Assembly: GCA_021613535.1 (NCBI GenBank)
Contig: CP075494.1
Location: 11,098,001-11,162,000, forward strand
Length of the DNA: 64,000 bases
Direction of reading: 5' to 3'
Source of the DNA: Adineta vaga
Lineage: Eukaryota; Animalia; Rotifera
The number at the start of each line of letters is the position of its first letter. Within the stretch, counting starts at the first letter, position 1. Positions 46,869-60,929 of the stretch are shown in pieces. Made by a program: the position numbers and the translations under genes. A model generated the notes under the pieces. It had not been told where the DNA came from, did no database searches, and saw only the letters and a list, made by a program, of their open reading frames with translations.

Positions 46869-49605
46869 ATGGCAACAAAGGATCATCATTTAACCAAACG
46901 ACCAAAGACAGGTGACATACATTTGTTCACTCTTAGTTATCTCTTATGTGTTTATAGAATCAACATTAATCAATCCTATCGATATCAACTATCACAATTT
47001 TCTATCCCCAAATGAGGCTTTCTCAAACATTGATATTTATCTTTTCTTCTTAATGAACGGTTCAATAGTGAAATCATCTTTTTCAGAGCTATGTCAAAGA
47101 AGGTTTGCAGAATTGAATTTTAGCTCAATTAAATTAGAACTAGTTTTGTAGTTTACAGGATGGATGGCTAACATTGCTTCGTAATGAACGAGACAAATTA
47201 AAATTAGATCCAAAATCCAAAATCAAACGTTTTATCCTGAATCGATTGCTCGCACAAGGTCCTGAAGTACGACTGATCAAAATAATTTTTGATGATAGTT
47301 TCTCTCTATTGTAATTTAGTTTTTTAATCAACAAGTCTATCAATTGATTGAACAAATCAATGATCATATGTCCAATACGATTCCTATTCATTGGAATAAT
47401 TATAGTGATCGACAAGTAGTAGAAAGTATCTACAGTGAAGTGAAGAACTATCGAATGTTACAAAATCAACAAGGTTTACTTCACGTCGAACGTGATCAAA
47501 TATGCAATTTATTTGTTTTACAAGAAGGGTTCGTTCTTACTTTTCCCTTTTTTTCTCTCGTTATATTTCAATACTAAATAGAATAACCAAGCGTTTTCTT
47601 GAACTGGTTAGTTCCTCATCGAATCATTCGAATGCAGAACAAACGGATGCAAATGTTATGTTTCAAGAGCTTTTTGATCAGTATGAATCTATGAATATAA
47701 ATAAGAAAAAACATTTATTCTGATGCTTTCTTTTTCCACTACGTAGTTCTCTGATTATTGTTGATCATCCATCTGGTCTTGAATGTCCAGCAGTGGTCAA
47801 ATATGAACTCAACGAGGAGAAATATGAGATAAAGATCAAGACGCGTCTTATCTGTTTACTTGATCCACAACAAGTCGGTCAATATTTGAAAATGTCCAAT
47901 ATAGGTAAGTTTGTCTTCTTTCGAAGTTTATAATATAATTGTTGAATTTCTTTTCGAAGAGGCTATACTTTATGCAAAAGATTCCGAAAACGATCCCAAT
48001 GAAAATATCAAACTTTCACTTTCATGGAAATTTGAAAAGATAATGGATACTGCCAATACGAGCAGAACTTTTCTTTACTGTGAATTAACTGAAGATTGTC
48101 CAATCACATTCGGTAAAAAACTAAACAAAAAGAAATTTTTCTACAGTCAAAGACTATGTTACCTGCAATTCAGCATTAAATTCCATGTATGACTAAACAT
48201 TACGGAATAATACATTATCATATATTCTTGCTTAGGTTCCGATTTTAACTATTGAAAAAACTTCAGTCGTTAATTCGCAGTTATTTGCTATTTGTTCGCA
48301 TCCACAATTATTTCCACAATATCTAGCAAAAGTTTTAATTATTGAAATGAATAATTCATCTTCAATTGTAAGCGAAATCTTCTGATATGAATAGATTTCT
48401 ACGGATTATTTCTCGTTCAGATAAATTATGAACAACATGTCGGAACACTTATGAATTATATTAATCTTTATCATCAACGTGTCTGTGGAATTAAACTCAA
48501 TGATGAAAGTCATCAATTCATAGTAAAACAATTAGAAAATGTCTACTTATCATCACATGAAAAGATATCGAGCCTTTCATTTGATATCTATGAAGTAGGC
48601 AGATATCGTTTATTGAAATTTCAAATTTTTCTTATGTTTTAAAGCATATCTTATCGAAATTAATCGCACAAATTCGATTTATGAGTAATCATCCTTTCCT
48701 TTGTACGATGTATCACGAAGGGTTTGATAAAGATTCTCTTGTCTGTATTATATATGTGTTCATATACTTTGTGTCTAGACTATTTCACGGAATATGTGAT
48801 GCGGCTATTGATCAAAATTTAAGGAATGGAACAAGAACGAAACCTTATATATTGATACGATTCGATACATTAGACAATCAAACGACTGCATGTAATCAAA
48901 ATCTAATTTTTGCTATTAATAACGGTTCGTATCAATAAAATTTTGTACACAATAAATGTAAAGTTTAATATAGGCGAGTTGTGTAAAGCAGAGATTGAGA
49001 GCCAAAATCTCGCTGAAGAACTATGTCAATGTTTTCATAAAGCAGCAAGTATTAAAAGTCAAGCACAGATGTACAATCATGAAATTCTTTCATTTGAAAA
49101 CCTACGTTTTTATTATGGTAAAATAAATGATGATATGTTTATTTCAAAATTCATACATAACGATTTCAATTTAGATGAAAAAATGCAAACTGTTAAGAAA
49201 ATCAATTACTATCCACTAAATCTACTTCTTCGCGATAAAATGTAGTTATAATTGAGATCCTATATTTTCTATTTATTTGTATATTTAAATTTTAGACAAC
49301 CCGTTGATACTAATCCACTACGTAAGTCTGCAAATTTCATATTCAAATTTCATTTCTCTTGTATAGCTGCAACAACAACTACTGTTCAAGATCTGTTTCC
49401 AATCAATTCAGAAGCACCAACACAATATAGTGCAATTCTATCATTGAATATAACTGCTAATAGAGATTTAAGACCCTACGTGATTACATATTTACAACAA
49501 GCTCTCTCACAATTATGTTCAGAAAATGATATTACTGGTGTTCTAGACTCTTTTTCGTCATTAGAACTTCTCGATCATATTAATCCGTCTGATTTTCGAA
49601 CGTGA
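46869..49605 (+). CDS. Divergent STAT-like protein, array copy B
   Basis: FILNRLL; SLIIVDHP...KTRLICLLDP; QLFAICSHPQLFPQYLAKVLIIEM; YHQRVCGIKL; HPFLCTMYHEGLFHGICD...YILIRFDT; KINYYPLNL. Confidence 0.72.
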
Positions 49606-50109
49606 ATTCGAATAAAAACATTAATCTAGAAATGAGATTTAAATCCAATTGTTTAATTTTTATTTGAGACAACTTTGTTAGTCATTTGACGCAAGTAAAC
49701 TTTTCTAAGTATGCGAATCTTTTCGATCATTTTTTTTTCTCTAAATTTTAGAGAATAGATTCATCTCTTTATCGTGATCTCAATATTAGCATCAATCACA
49801 TGACGGCTGAACGGAGGATAAAAGTTATGTGATAGAAATATTTTTTTGTTAGAAGGTTTGAGAATAAAAAATAATCAATGAATACTTTTATCTTAGAAGC
49901 GTATTTGATGTTAATATGACTATATTTACTCTTGTTTCTACGAAATAATTGAAAAAGAATGAAAAAGAAAAGAGAAAAAACTGAAAAAACGAATTCTTGT
50001 CTATTGCATTACACTCGAGGCTTTTTTTCTAAATGCGAAATGTGTGAAAACGTTTTCACATCAAGGACTTGACACGATTATTTCAATATTTTAGAATTTA
50101 TCGAAATAG

Positions 50110-52823
50110 ATGTTCATGTCACAAAAAGCAGGGTCAAACAAACGAAAAAAAGCAAGTAATAAACAACTATTCATTGTATTTTGGTGAATTGTATCTAAAA
50201 AGTACTATTCATGCCTATCTAGATGCATCCGAAATTCTTAGTCATATCAATTCACAAAGTTTATCGAACGATTTTGAATTTCTTACAGGACCAATTGATG
50301 TTCAGGATCCATTCCTATGGTTATTATTATCTGGTCGAATGATGAATAGTACAATTTGGAATCTATTTGAAAAGAGGTAACTAAAACCTCGAATAAAATA
50401 CGTTCAATATCAATTCTTTTAGTGATGAAATAAAACGAAAACAATTATTAATTGATGAACGAAATAAATTGAAGTTAGATGATAAATCCAAATCAAAACG
50501 ATTGATACTCAATCGATTAATTCATGCATGTTTAGAAGTATATCTTATTCAGAATTCATAGCATCAAAGATTTTCATATTGTTTCATTTCTTATAGAATT
50601 CGAACTGTTTACATCAACAAACTGAACAATTAATTCAATCGATCCGACATCAAATATCCGATCCATATCCATATGAATCAATATTTTATACTGATTTACA
50701 ATTATATGATGAAGTACAAGTATGGAGACGAACTCAATGTCGACGACGTTTGTTTTTCGAACAATTCTCTCCATCATGTAATTTACTTACATTACAACGA
50801 TTGTAAGTTCATTGAATTCCTTTCCTGTTATTCTCAATAGTGGATTATTCAATAGAATGACTGATCAATTTATTCATTTGATCAATCAATTTCATCAAAA
50901 TCCGAATACTTTTCAAGAAACGGATCAAAATGCTCTTATCAAATTGTTTGATCAGTATGTTTCTTTTTTTTTCATTTTCCTTCGATGTTTCTGATTGCTT
51001 GTATCTAGTTCATTGGTCATTGTCGTTCAACCATGTGGTACAGATTGTGTAGCAGCAACTAAATATGAAAAAGAAGCGAAAAATTTTGTTGCAAAATTAA
51101 AAACACGAATCATCTGTCTATTGGATCCCGTTCGAACTCATGGATATTTGACTCTATCAGATACGAGTAAATCGTTTGTTTTTTTTTCTCAAGATTTTAC
51201 TCTTCTTGTTTAGATGTGGTACTCCAAACTGAAAACGATGATCTCGATGGCGATCCTCAAGCATCTCTTACGTACAAAACACGAACAATAATGACTAATG
51301 AAAATATCGAAAGAACATTCAGTTATTTCGAAATGAAAGAAATTCAATGTTTGAAATTAACAAAATTAAATACGAATGGAAAACCTTCGTATAATAGAAA
51401 TTTATGTAAATTAAAATTTCAAACCCTATTTCAAGTAATAGTCAATGGATTTACTCTTCAAATTCCTATTCTCTTCCAATCACAATTATTTGGTTTATGT
51501 TCTCATGCCAAATATTATTCGAAATATTTAGCAAAAATATTCTTATCAGAAATCCATCAAATGCATCCAGATGTAAAGCATAGATTGAAAACATTCTTGA
51601 ACTTTTCTCTTTTCATATATAGATCGATCCGACATTTCATATCAATGTTTTGAAAACTTATATCTGTCAATTTCACAGACGTCTGACCGGTGTGGAAGTA
51701 AAACTACATACTGAAAATTATATAAAAGAAAACTTACAAGCGTTCTATCGAACATTTGAACAAAACGCCTCATCTCCAACGACTGATGTGATGTTTTTTT
51801 CGTGGAATATCTATGAAGTATGATTAATAGTTTTGGTCTATAACTGTTTTTTTTTCATTTATTAGGAGCGTTTAACAAAATTATTCAGTCAAATTCGATT
51901 CCTAAGCAATCAACCATGTCTAGCACTGATGTATCACGACAAGTTATTATTTAGAATTCTTCTTATCGTTATATTTTTGATCATTTAATCTATTTAGTCT
52001 TTGCCGTGGTATAACTAATGAAGCATATGATAAAGATCTCGAGAAAACGATCTCAACTGAAGCTGGAATATTGATACGATTTGAAGAATTTACTCATCAA
52101 GAACCAACAAGAAATCCTTATATTATTGTCGTAAAATTCAATGGTTTGTATCAAACGAATTCAATAACTATTGGCCTTCGTAATAATGCTATTTGTATAG
52201 GTACACTATCAATATCACGTATCAGTCATGAATATCTCCTCAATGATATCTGCAGATATTGTGAAAGAACAATAGAAAATTCTTTACACATATTCGCTGA
52301 TGATAAACTTCTACCTTTTTCAACATTTTGTCTATATTATGGTAACATTCTAGAATATCTTTCAAAAAAGAAAAGCGAAAACATCGTTACTTTACCTTAT
52401 TAGATGATGGATTAAATCGGAATAATTTCATTCAGTCTGATAATTACACGATATTTCATTTAACAAATGTTCTTATGCAAAACAACAGGTGAATCGAATA
52501 CGTTTATGATTCATTATTATTCTTTGATTTTTAGACAGGATGATTCAGAGCAATCTCAGACTAATCAGCAGAATATTTCACCGACATTTTATCTTTCCGG
52601 AAAATTAACTGGAAGAACAGATGCAATGAATGAAGCTATGACGGACCTGAAAGAATATTTTGCTACTCTGTGTAAAAAACATAACATTCACGGTACCTTA
52701 TTTCAAAGTGAGACAAAGCCATTCACGGATGTCATATGTAATACGAATGAACTTGATCTTTTAAGTAACTTTTTATTACCTGCAAGTGATGTTGATGATC
52801 TTCTTACTGAACATGATTACTAA
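50110..52823 (+). CDS. Divergent STAT-like protein, array copy C
   Basis: DEVQVWRRTQCRRRLF..LLTLQR; SLVIVVQP...KTRIICLLDP; QLFGLCSHAKYYSKYLAKIFLSEI; FHRRLTGVEV; LMYHD.LCRGIT...GILIRFEE; SDNYTIF. Confidence 0.72.
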
Positions 52824-53266
52824 GATTACATATAAAAAAATGATAAATACTAAAGAAAGAAAAACTATATTCAGTTGAATAGATCTATGCCTTAGTCCTT
52901 GAAAGATAGATGTCAACCTTTTGTGTTCCTCTAACCTCATACGACTCTCAAGGTACAGAGACAAGGTCGGTTAAATTACTTACTTTTTGTCCTTTGAGTG
53001 GAAATCATTTTTTTGATTCTTTTCTCCTCGTGAAGTCGCATAAAAGAAATATGTTCTTTTCCGCGAAAACTGTCTGACCTTAATCGGAAAAAAGAGAATT
53101 TCACTGAAATATTACAATATTTCTGCGTAACTCAAACTTTTTAATATAATGATTGTTTTATCTTCGTATACGGAGAAACGAATCTGTCCAAGAAAAAAGG
53201 AATTCAACTAAGTATTTAAACAATGCAGATCGAAGAAAGGTCATACCAGTAAAGTTAAAAGTCAAT

Positions 53267-56200
53267 ATGGCAACTGAAAAGAAATCTCCTAGACAAGGAA
53301 CAAAACGATCTGGTAAATTTGGCTTTTAAAACAAACGTTCATTTGTTAGAAATCATTTAGCATCCGATCCAACGATTGAACTAGCACAAATGCCTACTAC
53401 TATTAGTCATAAGTATCCAATATCATCGGATTTTTCGAATGATAAAGATTTACTTGTACCAAATGAAATTAGTAATCGAGCAATTGGTCTTCTCTCTTGT
53501 TTGACAACGAGACGACTAATTAATATATCTTTCACAACTTTATATCAACGAAGGTAAACAATATGATTGATATAGATGAATTGATCTTACTTAAAGTTTA
53601 GTTTAAAAATTACTTGGTTGGATTTATTAACGCGTGAACGACGAAATCTTAAATCAAATATTAATTCAGTAGAAAAATGTTTTATGATTAATCGATTGAT
53701 TGCAGAATGTACAAAAGTATGATTAAATCTTTAGTAATTTCTTCATAAGAATGCTTTCTTCTATGATTATAAAGGATCCGTATAAATTTGCACAACAAAC
53801 AGGAGAATTATTTGAAGAAATCAAATCGTCTATGTCGACAACATTCTTATCAACATGGGTAAATCAAATCAATATGAATAATCGAAATAATTTTATCTAA
53901 TTATACTTTTCTAGTCAGCAGAAGATTTCTATAATCAAATAATAATTTGGCGTCGTTTGCAATGTCAACGACGTTTATTTCATATTGATTATGATGAAAT
54001 TAATCGACCACAAAGTCTACTAACATTACAACGATTGTAAAATTTTTCAATATTAGTTCTTAATCATTCGTTAAACTTCCTAAATTTAGTGTTAGTGTAC
54101 TTACCAATCAATATCTTAACTCCTATCGAGTCAATCCAACGATAGATAATCAAAATCATTTGAAAAAATTATTGCAACAGTAAGAAATCTTTTTCTTATA
54201 TAATCATTCTAATCTCTCTGAATTATAGTTCGTTTCTTATTGTTGCTCAACCATCTATTCCAGAATGTGTTGCTGCAACAAAATATGAAAAAACAAAGGA
54301 TAATTATGTTGCGAAATTATCTTCGCGAATCATCTGTTTAATAGATCCAGATACAATTGAAAAATATTTCGTTCTTGATAGTATTAGTAAGTTTCTCAAT
54401 AGAATTATCGATGAAAATTTCATTTTTCTATTAAAGATGTGATTCTTTATCCATTCGATCGAACTGTGGATTCATTCGGCGAAAGGCAATCTGCATTAAA
54501 ATGGTATACAAAACCAATAACAGATGTTGAAAATCAAATTAGAATGGTTCTCTTCGCCGAACTTGACTCGATTTCCTTACAAAAATTAGATATTCGAAAT
54601 ACTCGACCATTATATAGTGCTAAACTATGTCAATTACAATTTCAAATAAAAGTCAAAGTAAACTACACTTTTCTTCAGAATATTGTTTTTTGTTCTAAAT
54701 CGATTTTCAATAGACAAAAGAATTTCATATCGAAGAGAATTTACTTTATCTTTCACAACCATTTGGACTTTGTTCACATGCTCAATATTATCCAGAATAT
54801 GTTGCAAAAGTACTTCTATATGAAGTTTCATTACTAACACAAACTGTATGTTATCTGTTTGAAATTTTCAAATGAAATTCATAAGAATATTTCAGATTGA
54901 TCTAATGATACATCCAGATGTTCTTACAGATTATCTTGCTCGATATCATGTTCGAATAGCAGGTGTTAAAATGAAACGTCATACATGTGAATATATCAGA
55001 AATATTCTACGAATAATTTATGGTAAGAATAGTTAGAATACTAAGAGTTTAACTAGTATGAGAGTATTCGTTTAGAAGGACGAAAAGATGTACTAATGAC
55101 GGCTGCTTTTGGAATCTATGAAGTAAGTTTGATGGTATTGTTTCTTCATATTTGAAATTGTTCTCTGTTCATAGGAAATCTTAGCTCAGATGATTAGTCA
55201 AATGGAAATGTTTATAGATCATCCATTTCTCGCTATGATGTATCATGATGGGTATTGAAAATTTTTCTTTATCGAAATATTTCATCTTAAACTAACGTGC
55301 TTCATTTTAGTTTATTTCTCGGTATTTGTAATAGTGCACTCGATCAAAATCTTCATGGTACTCGTGAAGAACCACATATTTTACTTCGTTTTAATACGTT
55401 ATCGACGCATCAATCAATTCAACATGCATCTGTTCGATTTATTGTTCATAATGGTTAGAATTTCTCGGAGAAAGTCAATGTTTATTTTGATATTTTCTAG
55501 GTCAATTGATACGAGCGACTTTTCATGCAAAAGCCTTCATCGATGAAATGTGTCGAATGATTGCTGAAGCCAATTCGGAGAAAGCAAAAAAAATTCGATT
55601 ACTTTCCGATACATCGAATCAAACATTCTACGATTTTATTTCATATTTTGGTAAGTCTGAAAGTATGTAATGACTTGTATATATTTTTTTCTATCATTCA
55701 TCTCAGATAATGAATTATTTCGACTTGATACAGCAGCAGCACCTATGAAAGATGCCTATCAACCATTCATACCGATCCTTTGGAATACAATGTAAGTCGA
55801 TGAATCCATTTGATATCTACTATTATATTTATTGTTTAGGAGAACAAATACTGATCTATCAGAACAACAGATACGTATGTTAAAATGTCACATTTCTATC
55901 AATTTAAATGTTTAGTATTTTATTCTAATTTAGCTTCTCCTCTATTCGTTGTGAAAACTCATCCAATAGATTTATCTCAAACTGGTGCATCTTCCATGCA
56001 AGGTAAGATATTCGTAGCTATGTTTTCGTATGAAACTATTTGCTCCGTTTAGTTGATACTCCTCATGTAATGGAAACTCATTCTCAATTGCCACGAACAA
56101 CTGAAAAGATAACTTCACAAATTGATTCAATTATTTTTCGTGTATTCGAAAAACTCGTTGATTTATTGACGAAATCTACTTCGCCATATTCGACTCAAGC

Positions 56201-56392
56201 ATCGACATTTCTTTCAAGTTTAGTCGAGACTAATATCACTCAACAAAAAGAACTTATAACGCAGGCTATATCAGAATGTTTACAATCACCAGATTTTATG
56301 GAAATGTCTACACAGGTAAGAAGCAATATCTTGACTTATATTTATAATTTATCGTGATTTTCTAGACATCATCAGATATTTCATCGACTAGT
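53267..56392 (+). CDS. Divergent STAT-like protein, array copy D
   Basis: IIIWRRLQCQRRLF..LLTLQR; SFLIVAQPSIP...SRIICLIDP; KLCQLQF; QPFGLCSHAQYYPEYVAKVLLYEV; YHVRIAGVKM; HPFLAMMYHDGLFLGICN...HILLRFNT; AAAPMKDAYQPFIP. Confidence 0.75.
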
Positions 56393-57366
56393 ATTTCAGC
56401 TGATACTTAAATCAAAGCTTTTGTGTGACATTTAAAAATTTATACTTTTAATTATAAATAATATTTGTCGAATTATTTAAAATAAATCAAGTATTATGAT
56501 CATATGGATATTTTTCTTTTAAATCTTTATTCATCATATGTAATCAGAAAACAAAAGATAAATATTGATCGATGTTCTTTATCCTTTGAAAGCATTTTAG
56601 TATCTTTATGATTTCTTTATCGAACGGTTGAAATATATCTTTAAAAACCCTATAAATTATATTATTGTCTACAGTTGGAATTTTCTAACTTTTGTAAATT
56701 TCAAATTCTGTGAATGTTGAATGTGAGAAATTTCCAGTTGACCTAATGACGTATTCAATAGGTTTTCAGTCGCGGAATAGCAAGCCAGACAAGGTAATAT
56801 TGACATTGACAAGTAGAGAAAAAGAACAGAAGCAACCATTTTTTAATAATTTACTCTTTCGTTACCATCCAAAACATCAGGTTTCTTTTTTTCTTATGAG
56901 TCATCGACATATTTTCTCGTCGTCAGATGATATCTATTTATATAAATCATGGATTCTGGATACAATAAATACTCGAGAATCAAACGAGTACAAATACATT
57001 CTTAACTTGCCTATGAACATGGGAGTAAAACAATGTTTAGATCACAACTACAATCAATAGTTGATGAATAATATAATCAATTTTTGCTACTCCATTTCGA
57101 CATGTACCGAGTTTTTTTCATGTTCGATGTAAGCAGAAAGACAAGAAATTCGCAACCAGGTGAGTATTTTTATTACATTTTTTTTGCATTATTCTTAATC
57201 TCTTTAGCAGTCTTTGTAGAGATCAAATCGTGCGAATTGATCAAAGATTATTTTCTAAATGTATTAGTATTATTCACGTTTGCTTTTATTTTGTGAGTTC
57301 AAGAATATCTTTGTATAAGATTGTTGCTGTTTTAGATCGTTTTTATTTCTTGTCTTATCATTGATA

Positions 57367-60300
57367 ATGGCAAAACGAAAATCAGGAAGTTCACGAACAC
57401 TATCAAACTGTAAGCATTGTTTTGTCGGTTGTATAATCCCTTCAATTTCTTGTGCTTCTTTTAGCACCAAAAGAATTTCCATTGGTAAGTTTTTCTCATT
57501 GAAAATATCCCAAATGATCTTTCTCACAAACAAACTATTTCAGACTGTTCGAACTGGTCTTTTTGAATGTTATGCATTTCTTGCACCAAATGAATATAGT
57601 GAAAAAACATTCGGTTTACTTGCTTTTCTTGTTCGAAGTTCTGTTGGTGAAATAAACTTTTCATCAATTATGGATAAAGTTCAACAAAAAATTCAAGAAA
57701 AACCCAAAGAAATACGATCGGTTCCGAATGATTTAAGTAGAGCAAACGATTATATACAATTGTTAGAAAAAGAACGAACGAATCTTCCAGAAATTAATGC
57801 TTCAATTGAAAAATGTTGGATGTTAAATCGGTTAATTTCATATATAAATGAAGTAAGAACGAATCTCTTTTTGATTTTTGAATAGCGATTTAAAATATAT
57901 TCTGTAGAACAATGCAGAATTTCTTTCGATTGTCGATCATATTCGCGAAGATATGAGATTGAAGATGATCGATGGAACAGAAAATCAAATAATCAATTAT
58001 CCAAATGTAAATTTAATTTCATTGATTGATTGATGAGTTTGCATAGAAAAATTTTCTTTTCATAGGATTTTCGACAACGCGAAATCGATTTTGATCATCG
58101 AAGAAATGCTCAGGAAATGCGCCGTCTATTTTATCTTAGTCATAAAGAAGCAAGAGAACCACCCAGTTTAATTCATTTACAAAATAGGTAAGTCTTCTCG
58201 TCGATAATATAATCTACATGAAAGATTGATGATTTGTGTTGATAATTTAGGGTAACACAACATCTGGATTATTTGCTTCAGGCAAGAAAGCAATACGTTT
58301 CGACATTTTCACACAATGGTCGCGAAGAACTTTTGAAAATAATTGACAAGTAATATTGTTCTTTCGCTTTATGGAAATCAACATTATTCTAATTAGTTCA
58401 TTTATGATTACTGTACATCCTTGTAATGGTGATATTCCAGTGATAATCTATAAACCTATAAGGTCTCAATATGTAGCTAAAATCAACATGACAATTGTCT
58501 CGTTATTGCATGATTTTATGAGGAAGTATCCAGATATGATCGAGCTTCAAGATATCAGTATGTAAATCATTATTTAGTACAGCTCTATCTGATGAAAGTA
58601 ACTATTTAGAATTCAAATTAGTACCAGAAGAGAAAAGTTATAGACTTCAATCGTCTGAACCGATGATCTGGCAGACTTGTGAACTACAAGGACATCCAAG
58701 TGGTCGATCGCCACGAATGTATTTTTCTGAATTATCCTCAATCTGTGTTGTTCAATCACATAAAGATGCGGCAGGAGTTGAATTCGCTCAAAAATTACAT
58801 GCAATTGAACTTACTGTTCAGCTAAAAGTTAGTACGGTAATAGATTAATATTCAATGAATATTTATTTGATTATAGATAAATATTAAAGAATTTAATATT
58901 TCAACAACTCGTTTGATCACATTTACTTCTTTAAAATTTGCTATTGCTCAACGTACCTCTCAAATTCCACGATTATTAGCAACTGTAGTTTTGAACGATA
59001 TTCAAAAATATTTAAATGTTCGAATAATATTATTCGAGAAATTATATTATAAATTTGATCTATCTTACTTAGAGTTCAACACCTGCCGTTCAAAATCTTA
59101 TTGGTTTTCTGTCACGTTATTTTATGCATCGAACAGGTGTGTTTTATAATCGTTCTCTTCTAAATTTTCTTCAAAAGGAATTAAATCAAGCCCAAGGTAA
59201 TTGAATTATACATTCAACTTCATTATCAAGTATACCTCTGTATTTTAGTGGAAAGAGCAAATTTTAAAACGATCGAAGAATGTTTTATGGTATGTATTGT
59301 TGTTCCACTAAAAACTTCTATGTTAAATGTGTGTTTTTGTTTTTAAAGGATTTTCTTACATCATTTGTGCATCAAGTAGAGTTTATGGCTCGTCATCCAG
59401 TTCTTTGTATGTTCTATACGACTAAGTAAATAGTTTTTCTCTCCCAATCATATCAATCTACTTTCTTAAACATTATTCATAGATTATTTCTTGGCATCTG
59501 TGATAGTGAACAAGTGGCATTAAGTTTAAAAGCATTATCAATTGACCATTTTGTAATAACTGCTTTTCGTTTGAATACAATCAGAATTGATTACAAATCT
59601 ATTGCTAACAAATCAATCGTTGGCAGAGTTATTCAACCTTCGGCATGTGCTTTCCGATTGGATATTTTCAATCGTATGTTACAAAGACAAAGAATGTTTT
59701 CTATATATTTTTCTACGAATAATTTCGAATCATTTAGATAGAAATAGCTGTATGGAAAATTTCACACTCGATATTGATAAGATGATACAAGAATTAAATA
59801 AGCTCATATATACGAGTAATGACGAGAAAGCAACTAAAATACAACTTTTTAAGAGTATTAATCAAACTAATGGACAAGCAGAATTTGAATCTTTCGATAA
59901 ATATCGAAAATATTATGGTATGTATCATATTTATATTCGTAAGTAAAATAATCATTAGAATATTTCAATTAGATTCACGATTAAAAAAAATATGTGTTGT
60001 TCAGGAGGAATATCAACCTCTGATAAATCTTATAAGAACGTAAGTGTAGAGAATCTCAATAATTATATGCATATTGCATGATTATAAAATAGTGCTAATC
60101 TATTGAGCAATAACGATCCACACAATGATATGAATGTTCCAAATGACAATACAAATAATTCAGGTAAAATCAAGAAAATATTTAAATTCTAATATATGTG
60201 TTTTGTTTAATTACAGGCATTTCAGCTTTCTGTTCAACCATCAGTTCCCAACGAGTAGAAAACTTTAAAAATAATTTCGATCAAAATAAAGATCTTATTC

Positions 60301-60929
60301 TTTTTCAGAATCATCCTGAAAATCATGTATCAACGCCTTCATACATTGACAACTCCAATGGAACAGTATCGCCACAAAGTATCTTATCATCCGACCAAGC
60401 ATCATATCAAAAGATCCTTGAATATGTACTCTCAAATGTAAAACTATGCACAGAAATCCAAGAAAAATTAAACACATCACCTCCAATGTCAACGACAGCA
60501 TCCGAATCACTAAATCAACGTCAATCATTCGATGTTTTTGATCAGTATTCACCAGAAGAAACACAAATTTCTTCTCAGAATCTTTTAACACAAGCACAAC
60601 CATTTCATGAATTTCCTTCATTATTATTATCACATGAGATCGAAAGACAATCAATACATCAAACTGAAAATTCACATCAACAACAAGAACAAATCTTTAC
60701 GACTAATCTATCTGAACCAGAACAAGATCATTGTATTGATATATTCGAACAAAACGCAGATGCTTTTACGTTTCAATTACCTGAAGATATTCAGGACTAC
60801 CTAATGAATTCAATAGGAGAGGTAAAGGTCAATCATTTTTTCCCATGGAAATACCCTTTTAAATACAATCTACGTCATCATTCTTTCGAACTTTAGGTAT
60901 CAGAAGACACATTAAATCAATATGTGTAA
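57367..60929 (+). CDS. Divergent STAT-like protein, array copy E (a possible extra upstream exon near 57102-57160)
   Basis: EKCWMLNRLI; EMRRLFYL..LIHLQN; SFMITVHP; QKLHAIELTV...TSLKFAIAQRTSQIPRLLATVVLNDI; HRTGV; HPVLCMFY..LFLGICD...TAFRLNT; EEYQPLI; long Q/S/E-rich tail. Confidence 0.72.

Noticed and set aside
60470-60560. PPMST / YSPEE in copy E as the STAT1/3 PMSP (Ser727) motif
   Set aside because: No exact PMSP, absent from the other copies, and located in low-complexity sequence.
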